This document shows, piece after piece, positions 27,457-38,211 of a stretch of 64,000 nucleotides of DNA; position 1 is the first letter of the stretch; each line of letters begins with the position of its first letter. The stretch lies in contig JAWBWS010000002.1 in the NCBI GenBank assembly GCA_038999725.1, positions 1-64,000 on the forward strand. The letters run 5' to 3'. Below the pieces are notes generated by a model. The model did not search any database. It saw only the letters and a program-made list of their open reading frames with translations, and was not told where the DNA came from. The translations under genes were made by a program, and so were the position numbers. The DNA comes from Candidatus Aenigmatarchaeota archaeon. GTDB taxonomy: Archaea > Aenigmatarchaeota > Aenigmatarchaeia > CG10238-14 > SCSR01.

Positions 27457-29466
27457 ATGGAGAGGGAAGAGATAGTTGAAAAGTTTGCTGAATTCCTTAA
27501 AGAATATTTCTACAATGAACTGGTTTCGGCTACAACTGAAGGTAGAAAATCTCTGCTTATCGATTTTCTAACTTTAGATAAATTCAACCCCGAGCTTGCA
27601 GATTATTTACTTGAAAATCCTGAAGAAGTCTTAGCTGCAATTGAAGACTCTTTAAAGCAAATAGACTTGCCAGGCAACATAAACATAAGGGTAAGATTTT
27701 TCAACTTGCCAGAAGATAGACAAATTAGGATAAGGAATATAAGAGCAGAACACATAAACAAGCTCATATCTGTTGACGGAATTGTCAAGAGGGCAAGTGA
27801 AATCAGGCCAGAAGTTTCGGAGGCAATTTTCCAGTGTGGTGAATGTGGATCAAAAATAAATGTCATACAAACTGAAAGGTTTATAAAACCGCCAACTGAA
27901 TGCCAGTGTGGCAATAGGAAGAATTTCAAGTTGATAGACCAAAAGCTTTATGATGCCAGATGGATAACAATTGAAGAACCTTTTGAGATAACAAGTGGGG
28001 AAAGGCCTTCTGAGATAATGGTTTTCTTGAAAGAAGACCTGACCTCACCAAAAATGCAGAATAAGACTGATCCGGGAAATAGGATAAGGGTTGTTGGTGT
28101 CTTAAAACAAATCCCAAGAAGGGTTAAAGGTACAAGATCTAGACAACTTGAAATTTACATTGATGCGAATTCTGTTGAAAGCGTGGAAGTTGAGTGGGAA
28201 GAACTAGAAATAACTCCCGAAGATGAGAAGAAAATTCTGGAATTTGCGAAAGACCCTGAAATCTACTCAAAGCTTGTAGCATCGATAGCACCTAGTTTGT
28301 ATGGATTGGAAGAGATAAAGGAAGCTATAGTGCTACAATTGTTTGGTGGTGAGCCGCATGTACAAAAAGATAAATCGAGGGTTAGGGGAGATATCCATAT
28401 ATTGTTAGTTGGAGATCCATCGACTGCCAAGAGTGCTTTGATGAAGGTTGTGTCAACTTTGATTCCTAGAGGGAGATATGTGAGTGGAAAGGGTGTAACA
28501 GCTGCTGGTTTAACAGCAACTGTAGTTAGAGATGAAGAATTTTTGGGAGGTTGGGTTCTTGAGGCTGGTGCTTTGGTTATGTGCAACAAATCACTTTGTG
28601 CTATAGATGAATTTGAAAAAGTGGAGAAAAGTGATCAAATCGCTTTGCATGAAGCAATGGAACAACAGAGTATAAGCATAGCCAAGGCAAATATAGTGGC
28701 TACCTTACCAGCACAAACTTCAATTCTTGCTGGTGGTAACCCAAAGCTTGGGAGGTTTGATCCTTATTTGCCGATAAAAGAACAGATAGATGTTCCTGAG
28801 ACTTTACTTTCAAGATTTGATTTAAAGTTTGCTTTGCGTGATGTGCCAAACCCTGAAGTTGATGCTAAAGTTGCTGAGCACATACTCAAAGCAAGACATT
28901 ATGGAGAGGAGGAAGTAAAGCCAGTGATAGAACCAGAGTTTCTTAAGAAATATATAGCTTATGCAAGGAAGAATTGCCATCCAAAGCTATCTAGAGAAGC
29001 TGGTGAAGAAATAAAGAATTTCTTCGTCAGTCTTAGAGAAAAAGCTAGTACCGAAGAAGCCGCTGTGCCCATAACACTAAGGCAATATGAAGCTTTAATA
29101 AGGTTAGCAGAAGCTTCCGCAAAAGTTCAATTGAGAGATGTTGTAACAAGGGAAGATGCTATAAGAGCCATAAACTTGATGAAAGCTTCGCTGAGAGAAT
29201 TTGGATTTGAAATTGAAACTGGAAGACTTGATGTTGACAGGCTTGAAGGCAGAACAACTGCATCAGAAAGGGGTAAAATAAGGATTGTGTTGGATATCAT
29301 AGAGGAATTATCAAAAACTATGGGAAATGCCATTCCCAAAGAAGATATAATCAGAATTGCAAAAGATAGGGGACTCAAAGAATTTGATGTTGAGAAGATT
29401 TTGAATGAATTGAAAAATAAGGGAGATTTGTTCGAACCTAGGGTGGGAATTCTGCAAAAAATGTAA
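27457..29466 (+). CDS. mcm: Replicative helicase MCM
   Basis: Zn finger, GDPSTAKS, IDEFEK, LLSRFD, ITLRQ.E, C-terminal wH; start moved to ATG 27457. Confidence 0.97.
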   Translation: MEREEIVEKFAEFLKEYFYNELVSATTEGRKSLLIDFLTLDKFNPELADYLLENPEEVLAAIEDSLKQIDLPGNINIRVRFFNLPEDRQIRIRNIRAEHINKLISVDGIVKRASEIRPEVSEAIFQCGECGSKINVIQTERFIKPPTECQCGNRKNFKLIDQKLYDARWITIEEPFEITSGERPSEIMVFLKEDLTSPKMQNKTDPGNRIRVVGVLKQIPRRVKGTRSRQLEIYIDANSVESVEVEWEELEITPEDEKKILEFAKDPEIYSKLVASIAPSLYGLEEIKEAIVLQLFGGEPHVQKDKSRVRGDIHILLVGDPSTAKSALMKVVSTLIPRGRYVSGKGVTAAGLTATVVRDEEFLGGWVLEAGALVMCNKSLCAIDEFEKVEKSDQIALHEAMEQQSISIAKANIVATLPAQTSILAGGNPKLGRFDPYLPIKEQIDVPETLLSRFDLKFALRDVPNPEVDAKVAEHILKARHYGEEEVKPVIEPEFLKKYIAYARKNCHPKLSREAGEEIKNFFVSLREKASTEEAAVPITLRQYEALIRLAEASAKVQLRDVVTREDAIRAINLMKASLREFGFEIETGRLDVDRLEGRTTASERGKIRIVLDIIEELSKTMGNAIPKEDIIRIAKDRGLKEFDVEKILNELKNKGDLFEPRVGILQKM

Positions 29467-29500
29467 AAAGGATATTTAATTTTAATAACTAATTTTAATC

Positions 29501-30241
29501 GTGGAAAAGAAAAGAAGTGTATCAAAAAAGGTTAGAATTTTTGATATAGTTAATGGTGTATTTTTCCACGGTAATAAGGTAGAGATGAAACCGAACTATG
29601 TGATTACACCATTTGGAGAAAAAATTTCAAGAGTGAATTTGATAGGCACTTTAACCAATTTATTCATTTCAGAAGACGAAAGTTATGGAAGCCTCACAAT
29701 AGAAGATGGTACTGCTTCTATCAGGGCAAAAGTTTTTGGAAGCGATGTTAAATTGATAAAAAACATTTCAAATGGCGACTTGTTGCTTGTGATTGGTAAG
29801 TTGAAAGAATATAATGGTGAAATCTATGTGGCTGTAGAAATCGTGAGAAAGCTTGAAGACCCTAATTACGAAATTTTGAGAAAGCTGGAAATATTGAAAA
29901 ATTTGAAAGAAAAGAAGAAAATGGTGGAGGAAATAAAAAGTTTGTTTGAAGAGATGTCGGAAGAGGAGTTGAAAGAATATGTGAAAGGAAAATATGGGTT
30001 GGATGAGGAAAGCTTAAGTGTTATTAGAGAAAACTTAAAAGTTGTGAGGGATATAGATTATAAGCCAAAAATACTTGAAATAATAGCAAGTATGGACAGG
30101 GGCGAGGGTGTGGAAATGAGTAAAATATTTGAGATGATTGATCTGCCAGAAAGGGTGATTGAAAACACTATAAATGAGCTTCTGAATTCAGGAGATCTTT
30201 TTGAACCAAGGCCAGGCTTCTTTAAAAAAGTGGGAACATGA
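29501..30241 (+). CDS. RPA32-like OB-fold ssDNA-binding protein with C-terminal winged helix
   Basis: RVNLIG, IEDGTASI, VIGK..EYNGE; C-terminal GDLFEPRPG. Confidence 0.8.
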   Translation: MEKKRSVSKKVRIFDIVNGVFFHGNKVEMKPNYVITPFGEKISRVNLIGTLTNLFISEDESYGSLTIEDGTASIRAKVFGSDVKLIKNISNGDLLLVIGKLKEYNGEIYVAVEIVRKLEDPNYEILRKLEILKNLKEKKKMVEEIKSLFEEMSEEELKEYVKGKYGLDEESLSVIRENLKVVRDIDYKPKILEIIASMDRGEGVEMSKIFEMIDLPERVIENTINELLNSGDLFEPRPGFFKKVGT

Positions 30242-30642
30242 ATTATGAAGAATTGTTGAAGAAGGCAATGGAAAAATTACCAAAGAAAGGTGAAGAGAAA
30301 AAAAGGTTTGTTGTTCCAAGTGTTGAACTTGAATTCAGTGGTATAAAAACAATATTCAAGAATTTTGGGGAAATAGCTGATGTTTTGAGAAGAGATGTCA
30401 CCCATTTATCCAAATACCTTTTGAAAGAGCTTGCAACCCCAGGCTCGATTCAAGGCTCTTCCTTGGTTTTTCAGAGAAAACTCCCAAGTGGTTTGCTTCA
30501 AGAAAAGCTTAACTCCTACATCAAAAAATTTGTGTATTGTAAGGTTTGTGGTGAACCTGACACAAAACTTGTGAAAGAGGATAGGGTAGTTTTTCTGGTT
30601 TGTGAAGCCTGTGGAGCCAAATATCCTTTGGAAAACATTTGA
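30238..30642 (+). CDS. eif2b: Translation initiation factor 2 subunit beta
   Basis: NF..IA..L.R, KELATPG, C..CGEPDT, CEACGA. Confidence 0.95.
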   Translation: MNYEELLKKAMEKLPKKGEEKKRFVVPSVELEFSGIKTIFKNFGEIADVLRRDVTHLSKYLLKELATPGSIQGSSLVFQRKLPSGLLQEKLNSYIKKFVYCKVCGEPDTKLVKEDRVVFLVCEACGAKYPLENI

Positions 30643-30651
30643 GGGATTAAG

Positions 30652-30951
30652 ATGTTTTGGTGTAATATTTTTAAGGATAAAAGGGATGTAGTGGTGGTGA
30701 TGTGTGATAGAGAGCTTTTGGGAAAGAAGCTCAAGATGAAAGATAAGAAGATAACTATAAATGTGAGTGAGAAATTTTATGGTGGGAGTCTCGTGAATGA
30801 AGACGATGCTCTAAAGCTTTTGAGCAAGGCTACCATAGGAAACTTGATGGGAAAGAGAATAGTTGAGCTTGCTTGTAAGAATGGCTTTATTGTTAAGGAA
30901 AATGTAATTTTAATTGATGGAGTCCCCCATGCGCAATTCATTAAAATCTAG
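30652..30951 (+). CDS. DUF424 family protein
   Basis: CD.ELLG, FYGG, NL.G, IDGVPHAQ. Confidence 0.9.
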   Translation: MFWCNIFKDKRDVVVVMCDRELLGKKLKMKDKKITINVSEKFYGGSLVNEDDALKLLSKATIGNLMGKRIVELACKNGFIVKENVILIDGVPHAQFIKI

Positions 30952-31327
30952 GAAGGCTCAATTCTTCTTGCTTTCGGCTTTTGCCATAGTTACCACAATC
31001 TTTTACATCAGCCAATGGATTGAACCTTACACAATAACAGATACTTCCTCAATTGTCATGAGAAATGACTTTTTCATTTTCAATAACATAGTTGAAAAAG
31101 CAAAAGAGACTGTTGCTTTAAGCAGAAGTTGTGAAGAGTTGCAATTCAATTTGGAAGAATATAAATTATTTGTTAGGAATTTTGCCTCCTTTGAAGCTTT
31201 CGATTTAGTTTTTGATTATGGGATTGTAAGCTGCAGCTCTGCTGGAGCAACTGTATCTTTCAACATAAGTTTAAGGTCTCCCTCATCTTACATCAAAAAA
31301 TCTTTTATAGAGAGTAAATCATTCTAA
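30929..31327 (+). CDS. Orphan pilin-like protein
   Basis: RKA|QFFLLSAF class III-like signal. Confidence 0.6.
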   Translation: MRNSLKSRKAQFFLLSAFAIVTTIFYISQWIEPYTITDTSSIVMRNDFFIFNNIVEKAKETVALSRSCEELQFNLEEYKLFVRNFASFEAFDLVFDYGIVSCSSAGATVSFNISLRSPSSYIKKSFIESKSF

Positions 31328-32518
31328 TAAAGACTTCAAACTTTCTTTTTCTACACCAAGAGAAGAAGCAAACTCACCCAATTTTTTCTTGTCTTTTAAA
31401 ATTATTCTCAAGAAAGGAAGATATTCTGATTTAATTTTTTTCTGAGAAGCGTGTAACTCTTTAGAAAGCTTGCCTAAAATTTCAGTTGTAGCTTTCCTTG
31501 AAGATTTCGTTCTTCCTAGAAGCATGATGTTGCTTGGATATTGGTACTTCGTGAATTTGTGATACATTTCTTTTTTTGAAATTGCTATTCCAGCCGTCAT
31601 AAGATCAATCATGTAAGCTCTAAAGCTCCAATCTTGTCTAAGGGCTACTCTTCTCCTGAAAATGTCGGCTTTACTTAATAAATCAAATGCCCTAACAATT
31701 TCTTCAGGTTTCTCGTATTCTCTAAGAATGTTGTTTTCAATCCACCAGAAAATTTCTTCAGGGTCTTTATCAACTTCAGCAATAGAGAGCTTTGCTGCCA
31801 AAGCACTTTTTGTTTTAAAAATCATCTTGAGTGCATCAAAAATATTTTTTTCTCTTTCTCTATAGCCCAAGGCTTCTAAATCCTCTATGGTTATTTCTTT
31901 TTTCCCCCTTGCCACAATTTCAAGATCGTTTATAGCAGCTCTTAGGTCCCCTTCAGACCTTTTAGCTATTTCTCTCAAAACTTCTTCCTCGTATTTTATT
32001 TTTTCTTTTCCACATATTTCCTTCAATCTTTTTTCTATATCCAAGACGTGAATCTTTTTAAACTCAACTAGCTCACAATATTCTCTCAACTCTCTAAGCT
32101 TTTGGTTGAATGGATTGTTTGCCGTCAACACCACAGGAAATCTAGATTCTTTAATTATTTTTATTATTGCCCCAACACCACCCAAGTCTTCCCTTCCTGC
32201 AATCCCATCAACTTCATCAATCAAAAAAAGCTTCCCCTTTCTAAACAAAGATGCTTGCCTCATGGATTGGCCAAAAACCTCCTGGATTTGTGAAGCACTT
32301 CGCCAATCGCTTGCATTCATCTCAATTAATTCCAAATTTTTTTCATTTGCATAAGCGTAAACCAAACAACTCTTTCCAGTTCCTGGCATGCCATAAAAAA
32401 GCAAGGCTTTGCTACCAGGTTTCCATCTTTTTATCCAGTTTAAGAAAGTGTGTAAAGCTTCTTTCTGGTTCACAAATTCCCTCAAATTTTTTGGCTTATA
32501 TTTTTCTGTTAAAAGCAT
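31319..32518 (-). CDS. rfcL: Replication factor C large subunit
   Basis: EKYKP, G.PGTGK, EMNASD, IDEVDG, GDLRAAINDL, W..EN. Confidence 0.95.
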   Translation of the reverse strand: MLLTEKYKPKNLREFVNQKEALHTFLNWIKRWKPGSKALLFYGMPGTGKSCLVYAYANEKNLELIEMNASDWRSASQIQEVFGQSMRQASLFRKGKLFLIDEVDGIAGREDLGGVGAIIKIIKESRFPVVLTANNPFNQKLRELREYCELVEFKKIHVLDIEKRLKEICGKEKIKYEEEVLREIAKRSEGDLRAAINDLEIVARGKKEITIEDLEALGYREREKNIFDALKMIFKTKSALAAKLSIAEVDKDPEEIFWWIENNILREYEKPEEIVRAFDLLSKADIFRRRVALRQDWSFRAYMIDLMTAGIAISKKEMYHKFTKYQYPSNIMLLGRTKSSRKATTEILGKLSKELHASQKKIKSEYLPFLRIILKDKKKLGEFASSLGVEKESLKSLLE

Positions 32519-32522
32519 CTAC

Positions 32523-33482
32523 TCACTTTTTGGAGAAAAGTAGAAATTGAGTTAAGAGTGCTTCGAGTTGAATTAAATCGTCTCCACCTTCAGAAATCCT
32601 GAACTCGTATTCACCACATTTTTCAACAAGCTGCACTTTAGCTTCTTCTGAAATAGGTAAAGAATAAATTTGTTTGTGAATTTCTTTTATCACATCTCTT
32701 CCAGACAAACCTTGCCTCAAGAGCATATCTTGCAGTTTCTTTCTCGCATCTTCAAATCTACCATTTAAAGCCAATTCCAACATCTCCTTCACATCTGTTG
32801 GTCTAGCTTGCGAAGCAACATCATAAACTACATTTTCTGTTATTTTTTCTCCTAAGGCTGCAGAAGCCTGCAGCAAGTTCGCAACTTTTCTTAAATCACC
32901 TTCGGCAAGATAAATTATAGCATTTATTGCATCTTCTGTTATTTTCAATTTTTCTCCATCAACAATCCTTTGAATATATTTTCTTACATCAGTTTCACTT
33001 AGAGCTTTAAATCTGAATACAACACATCTACTTTGAATTGGTTCAATTATTTTACTTGAATAATTCCCAATCAAGATGAATCGTGTAACCAAACTGAAAG
33101 ATTCCATGGTTCTCCTCAAAGCTTGTTGGGCATCTGCAGTCAAATTATCAGCCTCGTCGAGGATTATTATTTTGAAAGGAACATCGCCTATTGGTTTTGT
33201 TCTTGCAAAGTCTTTTATTTGCCCCCTTATCACATCTATTCCTCTTTCGTCGCTTGCATTTGTAGACAAGATGTTTTGCCTCCAATTTTTTCCATACAGC
33301 TCATAAGCAATACAAAGAGCTACAGTTGTTTTTCCTGTACCAGCAGGACCAGCGAAAAGCATGTGTGGTATGTTTTTCTCTTTCACAAAAGCTTTTATTC
33401 TTTCGATAATATGTTTTTGATTTATCACTTCACTCAACCTGGTTGGTCTGTATTTTTCAGCCCAAACCATTTCCTCAATCAA
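32523..33482 (-). CDS. rfcS: Replication factor C small subunit
   Basis: WAEKYRP, GPAGTGKT, NASDERG, LDEAD, AQQALRR, IQSRC. Confidence 0.97.
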   Translation of the reverse strand: MIEEMVWAEKYRPTRLSEVINQKHIIERIKAFVKEKNIPHMLFAGPAGTGKTTVALCIAYELYGKNWRQNILSTNASDERGIDVIRGQIKDFARTKPIGDVPFKIIILDEADNLTADAQQALRRTMESFSLVTRFILIGNYSSKIIEPIQSRCVVFRFKALSETDVRKYIQRIVDGEKLKITEDAINAIIYLAEGDLRKVANLLQASAALGEKITENVVYDVASQARPTDVKEMLELALNGRFEDARKKLQDMLLRQGLSGRDVIKEIHKQIYSLPISEEAKVQLVEKCGEYEFRISEGGDDLIQLEALLTQFLLFSKK

Positions 33483-33517
33483 ACTCTCACCTCGCAGAAT
33501 AGTTTTTCTTCATACTT

Positions 33518-35467
33518 TTACTTATACTCTATCTCACTTAAAGCTTCACTCAAGATGCTCACCTCTCTCTCAATTAAACCTCTAAACTTTCTTATCAATG
33601 TATTCACGGTCTCCAAATTTCCTCTTATATTTTCCAAACTTTCTTCACTCAAACAATCTTTTAGCAATTTATATATTTCTTGCAAATACTCCTCTTTTTG
33701 TGTCTGTATGATTTTTATCTCCCCTTCCTTTCCCTCTAAGAAAAATTTCAACTCTTCTTTAAATCTTTCATCTGTTAAACTTATCAGATCTATGGTTTTC
33801 TTCAAAGGTTCTTTTTCCATTTTTTCTAAACTAATTAAAATCATCCTCACCCTATCCTTCATTTGATTGATATCAGAAATTTCTAATGAATTGTTGATGA
33901 TGTTCCTAATATCTTCAAGCCCCATAAAACATTCCTCAAACTTTTTTTCTATATTTGTTCCCTCTTTTTCTCTTGGCTTTCTTGTTGAGAGGAGAAAAAC
34001 AATAGGAAGAGAAAAGAGGGGTAAAAAGAATGCGATGGCAAGAATAGGCTTCTTCTTAATTCTATCAATAATGTTAGAGAATAGCTTTGAGTTCTTAATC
34101 CATTTGAAAATATTATTCGATGGTTTTGATTCCTCTTCTTTTGTGGTTGATTGAAGAAAGGTAGTTGTTGTTTGAGGGATGTTGACCGCATTTACCACAC
34201 TGATGTAAGAAGTGAGTGAGGAATTTCTTCCTAAGAGATCTTCAGCATAAATTCTTATGACATAATTACCGTCAATAACTTCCGAAGAATTCCAAATAGT
34301 TGAGCAAATATTACCACCACATTTCATGTCTTTCCATTCTCCAGCAGAACCATCTGACTCTATCCTGAACTTAACTTTTGATGTACCTATACCGTCATCT
34401 ATAACTTCTGCAGAGATGTTAAAATTTCCGCTAACAGTGGTAGCTTGTGTTGGTGAGATAATCCTTATATTTGGTGGTAAATTGTCAATTGTTATCGGAA
34501 TAGAAGCATTCACTTTATTTCCTGCATTATCGTAAACTTCAATTACCACATCATATTTTCCATCATTTACCACAATAGAATTGAAACTAGCACTGCAATT
34601 CGCTTGATAAGCGTTTGAGCAATAGAAGTAACCAAAAAAATTACCAACTCTATAAATTGTAAAATTCAACCCAGAATACTTGTCTGAAGCCTCTATCTTG
34701 AAGACATAACTCCCATAAATAAGCTGATTTTCTTTTGGCTCACTTACATTGAACGATGGAAGTTCATTATCCACAAATGTAATAATTCTTGTGTAAGCAG
34801 TATTTCCAAATATATCACTTGCTTTCCCGTAAATATAAACACTTTCATTATTTGGGTATGACCTTGTGTTCCATTTTTCCAAGCTTATAAATATCCTTTC
34901 ATCCTCACCTCTCATGTCGAGCCAAGTTGAATTGTCAAAAGAATATTTAACAGAAGTTGGGTCTACTCCAGAGTATTTGTCCCAAACTTGGAGTCTAATT
35001 TCGACCTCACCAGAAGAATAGGACTGGTTTCTGGGTGAGATGAAATCTATTTCTGGTGGACTCCTGTCTATCCTTACCCTTAGAGGATCTGAAGAATTTC
35101 CGAGGGTTCCATAGTTGTCCTCCATATCAAAAGCATCAAAATAGAATAGAAGCCAATCACCATCTTTCACAAGAGCTTCTAAACCCATAACATATCCTGT
35201 ACAATTCCATCTCGAGCTTGAAATCAGAAAGCAGTTCATGGTGATGTTTCTCCAAATTGACGTAGGATCTTCTACCCTTGCGTGTAACTTTACGGTTGAA
35301 GTATCAAGGCTGCCTTCTATTGCAACTGCAAATAGATCAGAATCTTTACCATAGATATAGGTCCCATTTTTTGGAATTACTGAAGCTGGATCAAATGTAG
35401 GAACTGCCACACTGACTTGAATAAGAAAAATGGAAAAAATGGTAAAAAACAAACACACTTTCTTCAT
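33518..35467 (-). CDS. Membrane-anchored Ig-like repeat surface protein with cytoplasmic helical tail
   Basis: Signal peptide from MKKVCLFF; repeated D..P....SP / DG.Y....YD..GN modules; Thr-rich linker, TM, E/K-rich tail. Confidence 0.78.
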   Translation of the reverse strand: MKKVCLFFTIFSIFLIQVSVAVPTFDPASVIPKNGTYIYGKDSDLFAVAIEGSLDTSTVKLHARVEDPTSIWRNITMNCFLISSSRWNCTGYVMGLEALVKDGDWLLFYFDAFDMEDNYGTLGNSSDPLRVRIDRSPPEIDFISPRNQSYSSGEVEIRLQVWDKYSGVDPTSVKYSFDNSTWLDMRGEDERIFISLEKWNTRSYPNNESVYIYGKASDIFGNTAYTRIITFVDNELPSFNVSEPKENQLIYGSYVFKIEASDKYSGLNFTIYRVGNFFGYFYCSNAYQANCSASFNSIVVNDGKYDVVIEVYDNAGNKVNASIPITIDNLPPNIRIISPTQATTVSGNFNISAEVIDDGIGTSKVKFRIESDGSAGEWKDMKCGGNICSTIWNSSEVIDGNYVIRIYAEDLLGRNSSLTSYISVVNAVNIPQTTTTFLQSTTKEEESKPSNNIFKWIKNSKLFSNIIDRIKKKPILAIAFFLPLFSLPIVFLLSTRKPREKEGTNIEKKFEECFMGLEDIRNIINNSLEISDINQMKDRVRMILISLEKMEKEPLKKTIDLISLTDERFKEELKFFLEGKEGEIKIIQTQKEEYLQEIYKLLKDCLSEESLENIRGNLETVNTLIRKFRGLIEREVSILSEALSEIEYK

Positions 35468-35471
35468 ATTA

Positions 35472-36086
35472 TTATGTTGGTGTGAATGGGATAAATATTG
35501 TCCCCTTTTCACCCATTTCATCAATTATAGAAACTTGAAGAATATATTTTTTCCCAAAGTAAAAACATGTGGTTAAATACGCCTTGAAATAACCGTTTGA
35601 AAAGGTTGTAGTGTTTGTCGCTCTTAAGCCTTCTATTGAAAGAAATAATTTACCAGAACTTACCAAATTACCTTTTATATTATAAGCATTGCCTTCAATG
35701 TATATTGTTTTTTGTTGACACTCTTTACTCACTTGAGAAGACATCACATAAAAACTATCGATGCAGCTTGCGATATGTGTTAAGTTATTTATGGTGACAT
35801 TCACATCGTAAGTTCCTATGTCAAAAGATTGGGTGAAAATTGAAAAATACGTGCCATTTAAATCCGAAGTTGTTGTTTGTAAAGCTTTTGGAGACCCATA
35901 TTTGGTTATGGTTATTGTTACATTGGCTATATTACTGACTTCTCCTGTCACATTTCCAACAACCAAAACAGTCGAACCAGTAGCATAAGGTCCACCAGCC
36001 TCGCAAGTTACAGTTAAAGATTTTGCCATATGGATAAGAAGAAAAAAAGCAAAAATTGTGACTAAGAAAAACAATTTCATGCTCAT
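35472..36086 (-). CDS. Secreted beta-sandwich protein
   Basis: Signal peptide; LTVTCEAGGPY module paralogous to the neighbour. Confidence 0.7.
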   Translation of the reverse strand: MSMKLFFLVTIFAFFLLIHMAKSLTVTCEAGGPYATGSTVLVVGNVTGEVSNIANVTITITKYGSPKALQTTTSDLNGTYFSIFTQSFDIGTYDVNVTINNLTHIASCIDSFYVMSSQVSKECQQKTIYIEGNAYNIKGNLVSSGKLFLSIEGLRATNTTTFSNGYFKAYLTTCFYFGKKYILQVSIIDEMGEKGTIFIPFTPT

Positions 36087-37072
36087 GCCCTGAATTGAAT
36101 CTCACTCCAAGATACACTTCCCGTTGATGAATCTATTATTTGAACTATTGCTGTGTGCCTTGCATCAGGAAACAGGCAAGAAGTAAAGGTTACAGTCCAT
36201 TTTCCTTCTGTAAAGCTTGTTGTGAATTCATCACCATTTTCAGCTATGTAAATTTTCACAGTACCTGATGGGATAATTTCCCCTGTTAAGTAGTTTTGAG
36301 CTGTTCCGCTCAAGCTCACAGTCTTTGGAACACAGCCAGAAAGCCTGCTTATCACGCTGAATGTGTCTAGGGAAGAAGCAGATGCAGAAGAATAATTTGC
36401 CTTCACATTCACAACATAAGCTCCCAAGTCAAGACCAGAAAATGTTGCAAAATATTTGCCATCAGAAGATGTGATAACATCCTTGCTAGCTACAAAGTTT
36501 GATCCTCTATAGATTTGAATTGAAACATTAGCGTTGCTTACAGGTGAACCAACAACTTTCACCTCACCTACTACTAGCACAAGTGGAGCCTCCACATCTT
36601 TAACATACGGGCCGCCAGCCTCAACTGTTACTGTCAAGTTGCCACAACAAATTTGATAGGGGTAGAAGCCGCATGGACCAAGATGCGAATTTGTTTCTTT
36701 AGCTAGAGAGGCTACACATAAACCATTGCACGTAGCATTGAGCACACAAGTCATTAAATAATCAAACTTCACACAAAGTTTATAAGAGGTAAATCCTTGC
36801 TTTGCTGCATGTGTATCGCTTGGTTTGTAAAAATTTATAACTTCTGTTTCATCGCTTTCACAAGCAGTTTTAATTGAAGGGGTTTGCACATCTGGACAAC
36901 AGACTTTGTAGCTGTAGTAATTGTAGTCTCCAGCATGAGCGTTATTTTCTTTAGCCAGAGAAAAAATAGCATATTTGTCTGTGGGGCAGCCTCCATAGTT
37001 AACTGTGCATGAAGCAAGTGCAAGAGTTGAGAAAAGGATGAAGAAAGTTGTAATGAAGAGAAAATTTCTCAT
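36083..37072 (-). CDS. Secreted protein with Cys-rich N-terminal repeats and beta-sandwich module
   Basis: Signal peptide from MRNFLF; three N/D.H...Y..C(C) repeats; LTVTVEAGGPY. Confidence 0.72.
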   Translation of the reverse strand: MRNFLFITTFFILFSTLALASCTVNYGGCPTDKYAIFSLAKENNAHAGDYNYYSYKVCCPDVQTPSIKTACESDETEVINFYKPSDTHAAKQGFTSYKLCVKFDYLMTCVLNATCNGLCVASLAKETNSHLGPCGFYPYQICCGNLTVTVEAGGPYVKDVEAPLVLVVGEVKVVGSPVSNANVSIQIYRGSNFVASKDVITSSDGKYFATFSGLDLGAYVVNVKANYSSASASSLDTFSVISRLSGCVPKTVSLSGTAQNYLTGEIIPSGTVKIYIAENGDEFTTSFTEGKWTVTFTSCLFPDARHTAIVQIIDSSTGSVSWSEIQFRA

Positions 37073-37132
37073 AAAATAATCTTTGTTTTCCCTAAAATTA
37101 AAGTTTTTAAGCTTAAAGTACAATTTATTTAC

Positions 37133-37720
37133 ATGCAAAAAATAAGAATTTTGGTGACAGTGGTTTGCATAGCTCTACTTGTTGGATTAATATTCTCAAC
37201 ACTTACAGGTTTCGTCTCTTTCTCTTTTGGAATTCCAAAAAGCGAAGTCAAGAATAGAGTGAAAACTTTGTTTGAGCTTGCAAACCCTGGCACAAATGTT
37301 GAAATTTTAACACTAACTGAAGAAAGTGGTTTGTATAAGATCTTGATAAAAGCCGTTGGATTGGGAGGAACAAATTACGTTGAGGTTTATACCACAAAAG
37401 ATGGAAAGCTTTTGACGCAAAATGTTATATTTGTTGAACAGTCTATACAACAAATAAAAAGGTTGAAAGATTTTGTAGATTGTTTGGATGGTAAGGGTGT
37501 TAGAATTTATGGGCTTAACAATCAAACAGCAACTTTACTTCAATTGAATATACTTGGTGTTTATTCAACAAAGCTGTATGTGTCTTGTGATGGTGACCTT
37601 GTGGCAAATTGTGTACAAGCAAATGTGACTCAAGTGCCTTCGGTTGTTTTTGCTGGTAGAGTTGATCCTGGAGTTAAAGCTATTCAATGGTTTGAATCGG
37701 TTACAGGCTGTAAATTTTAA
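37133..37720 (+). CDS. Membrane-anchored thioredoxin-fold-like protein lacking CxxC
   Basis: N-terminal TM, Y.TKDGK.L, CL..KGV.IYG, V.C...C....V..VP, TGC. Confidence 0.55.
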   Translation: MQKIRILVTVVCIALLVGLIFSTLTGFVSFSFGIPKSEVKNRVKTLFELANPGTNVEILTLTEESGLYKILIKAVGLGGTNYVEVYTTKDGKLLTQNVIFVEQSIQQIKRLKDFVDCLDGKGVRIYGLNNQTATLLQLNILGVYSTKLYVSCDGDLVANCVQANVTQVPSVVFAGRVDPGVKAIQWFESVTGCKF

Positions 37721-38211
37721 TCTTTAAGTTTGTAAAACTTTTCTTTTCCTATTTCTATTCCTTCTACTAAGCCTAAAGATTCCATTTGTTTAAAGTATTC
37801 GTTGCATCTTGTTCTCGACAAGCCTAAAATTTGAGAAAGTTGGGAAGAGGAAAGTTTGCCATGTTCTTGAAGCAAAGAAATTATTTTTTCTATTCTTTTT
37901 TGCTCAACTATTGTGAGCTTTTCTTTTGAAGCTATTATTGGTCTAGCTATTGTTTTTATCTCAGAAATTATTCTGTTCACCACTTCATTACCATCAATTA
38001 TTTCTTGCTTGAAAGTTGATTCGCTCAAAACTTTTTCTGGAATTTTATCATTTATCATTTTTTCTAATCTGTCAACCTTAAGGTAAAGGTCATCTAATTT
38101 TTCTCTCAATTCCCTTAAAACTTCAAGAGTAGCACCAATTAAAACAGCATCTTTTGGAATTTCTGCACGCACGCTTTCATTGTTTTCTTTCAATTTTTGG
38201 AAGAAAGACAT
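37717..38211 (-). CDS. Coiled-coil plus winged-helix DNA-binding protein
   Basis: LSSSQLSQILGLSRTRCNEY...ME..GLV...G.EKFY. Confidence 0.8.
   Translation of the reverse strand: MSFFQKLKENNESVRAEIPKDAVLIGATLEVLRELREKLDDLYLKVDRLEKMINDKIPEKVLSESTFKQEIIDGNEVVNRIISEIKTIARPIIASKEKLTIVEQKRIEKIISLLQEHGKLSSSQLSQILGLSRTRCNEYFKQMESLGLVEGIEIGKEKFYKLKD

Noticed and set aside
27457..33482. Inteins in MCM or RFC (and RtcB)
   Set aside because: Protein lengths are canonical and motifs are contiguous.
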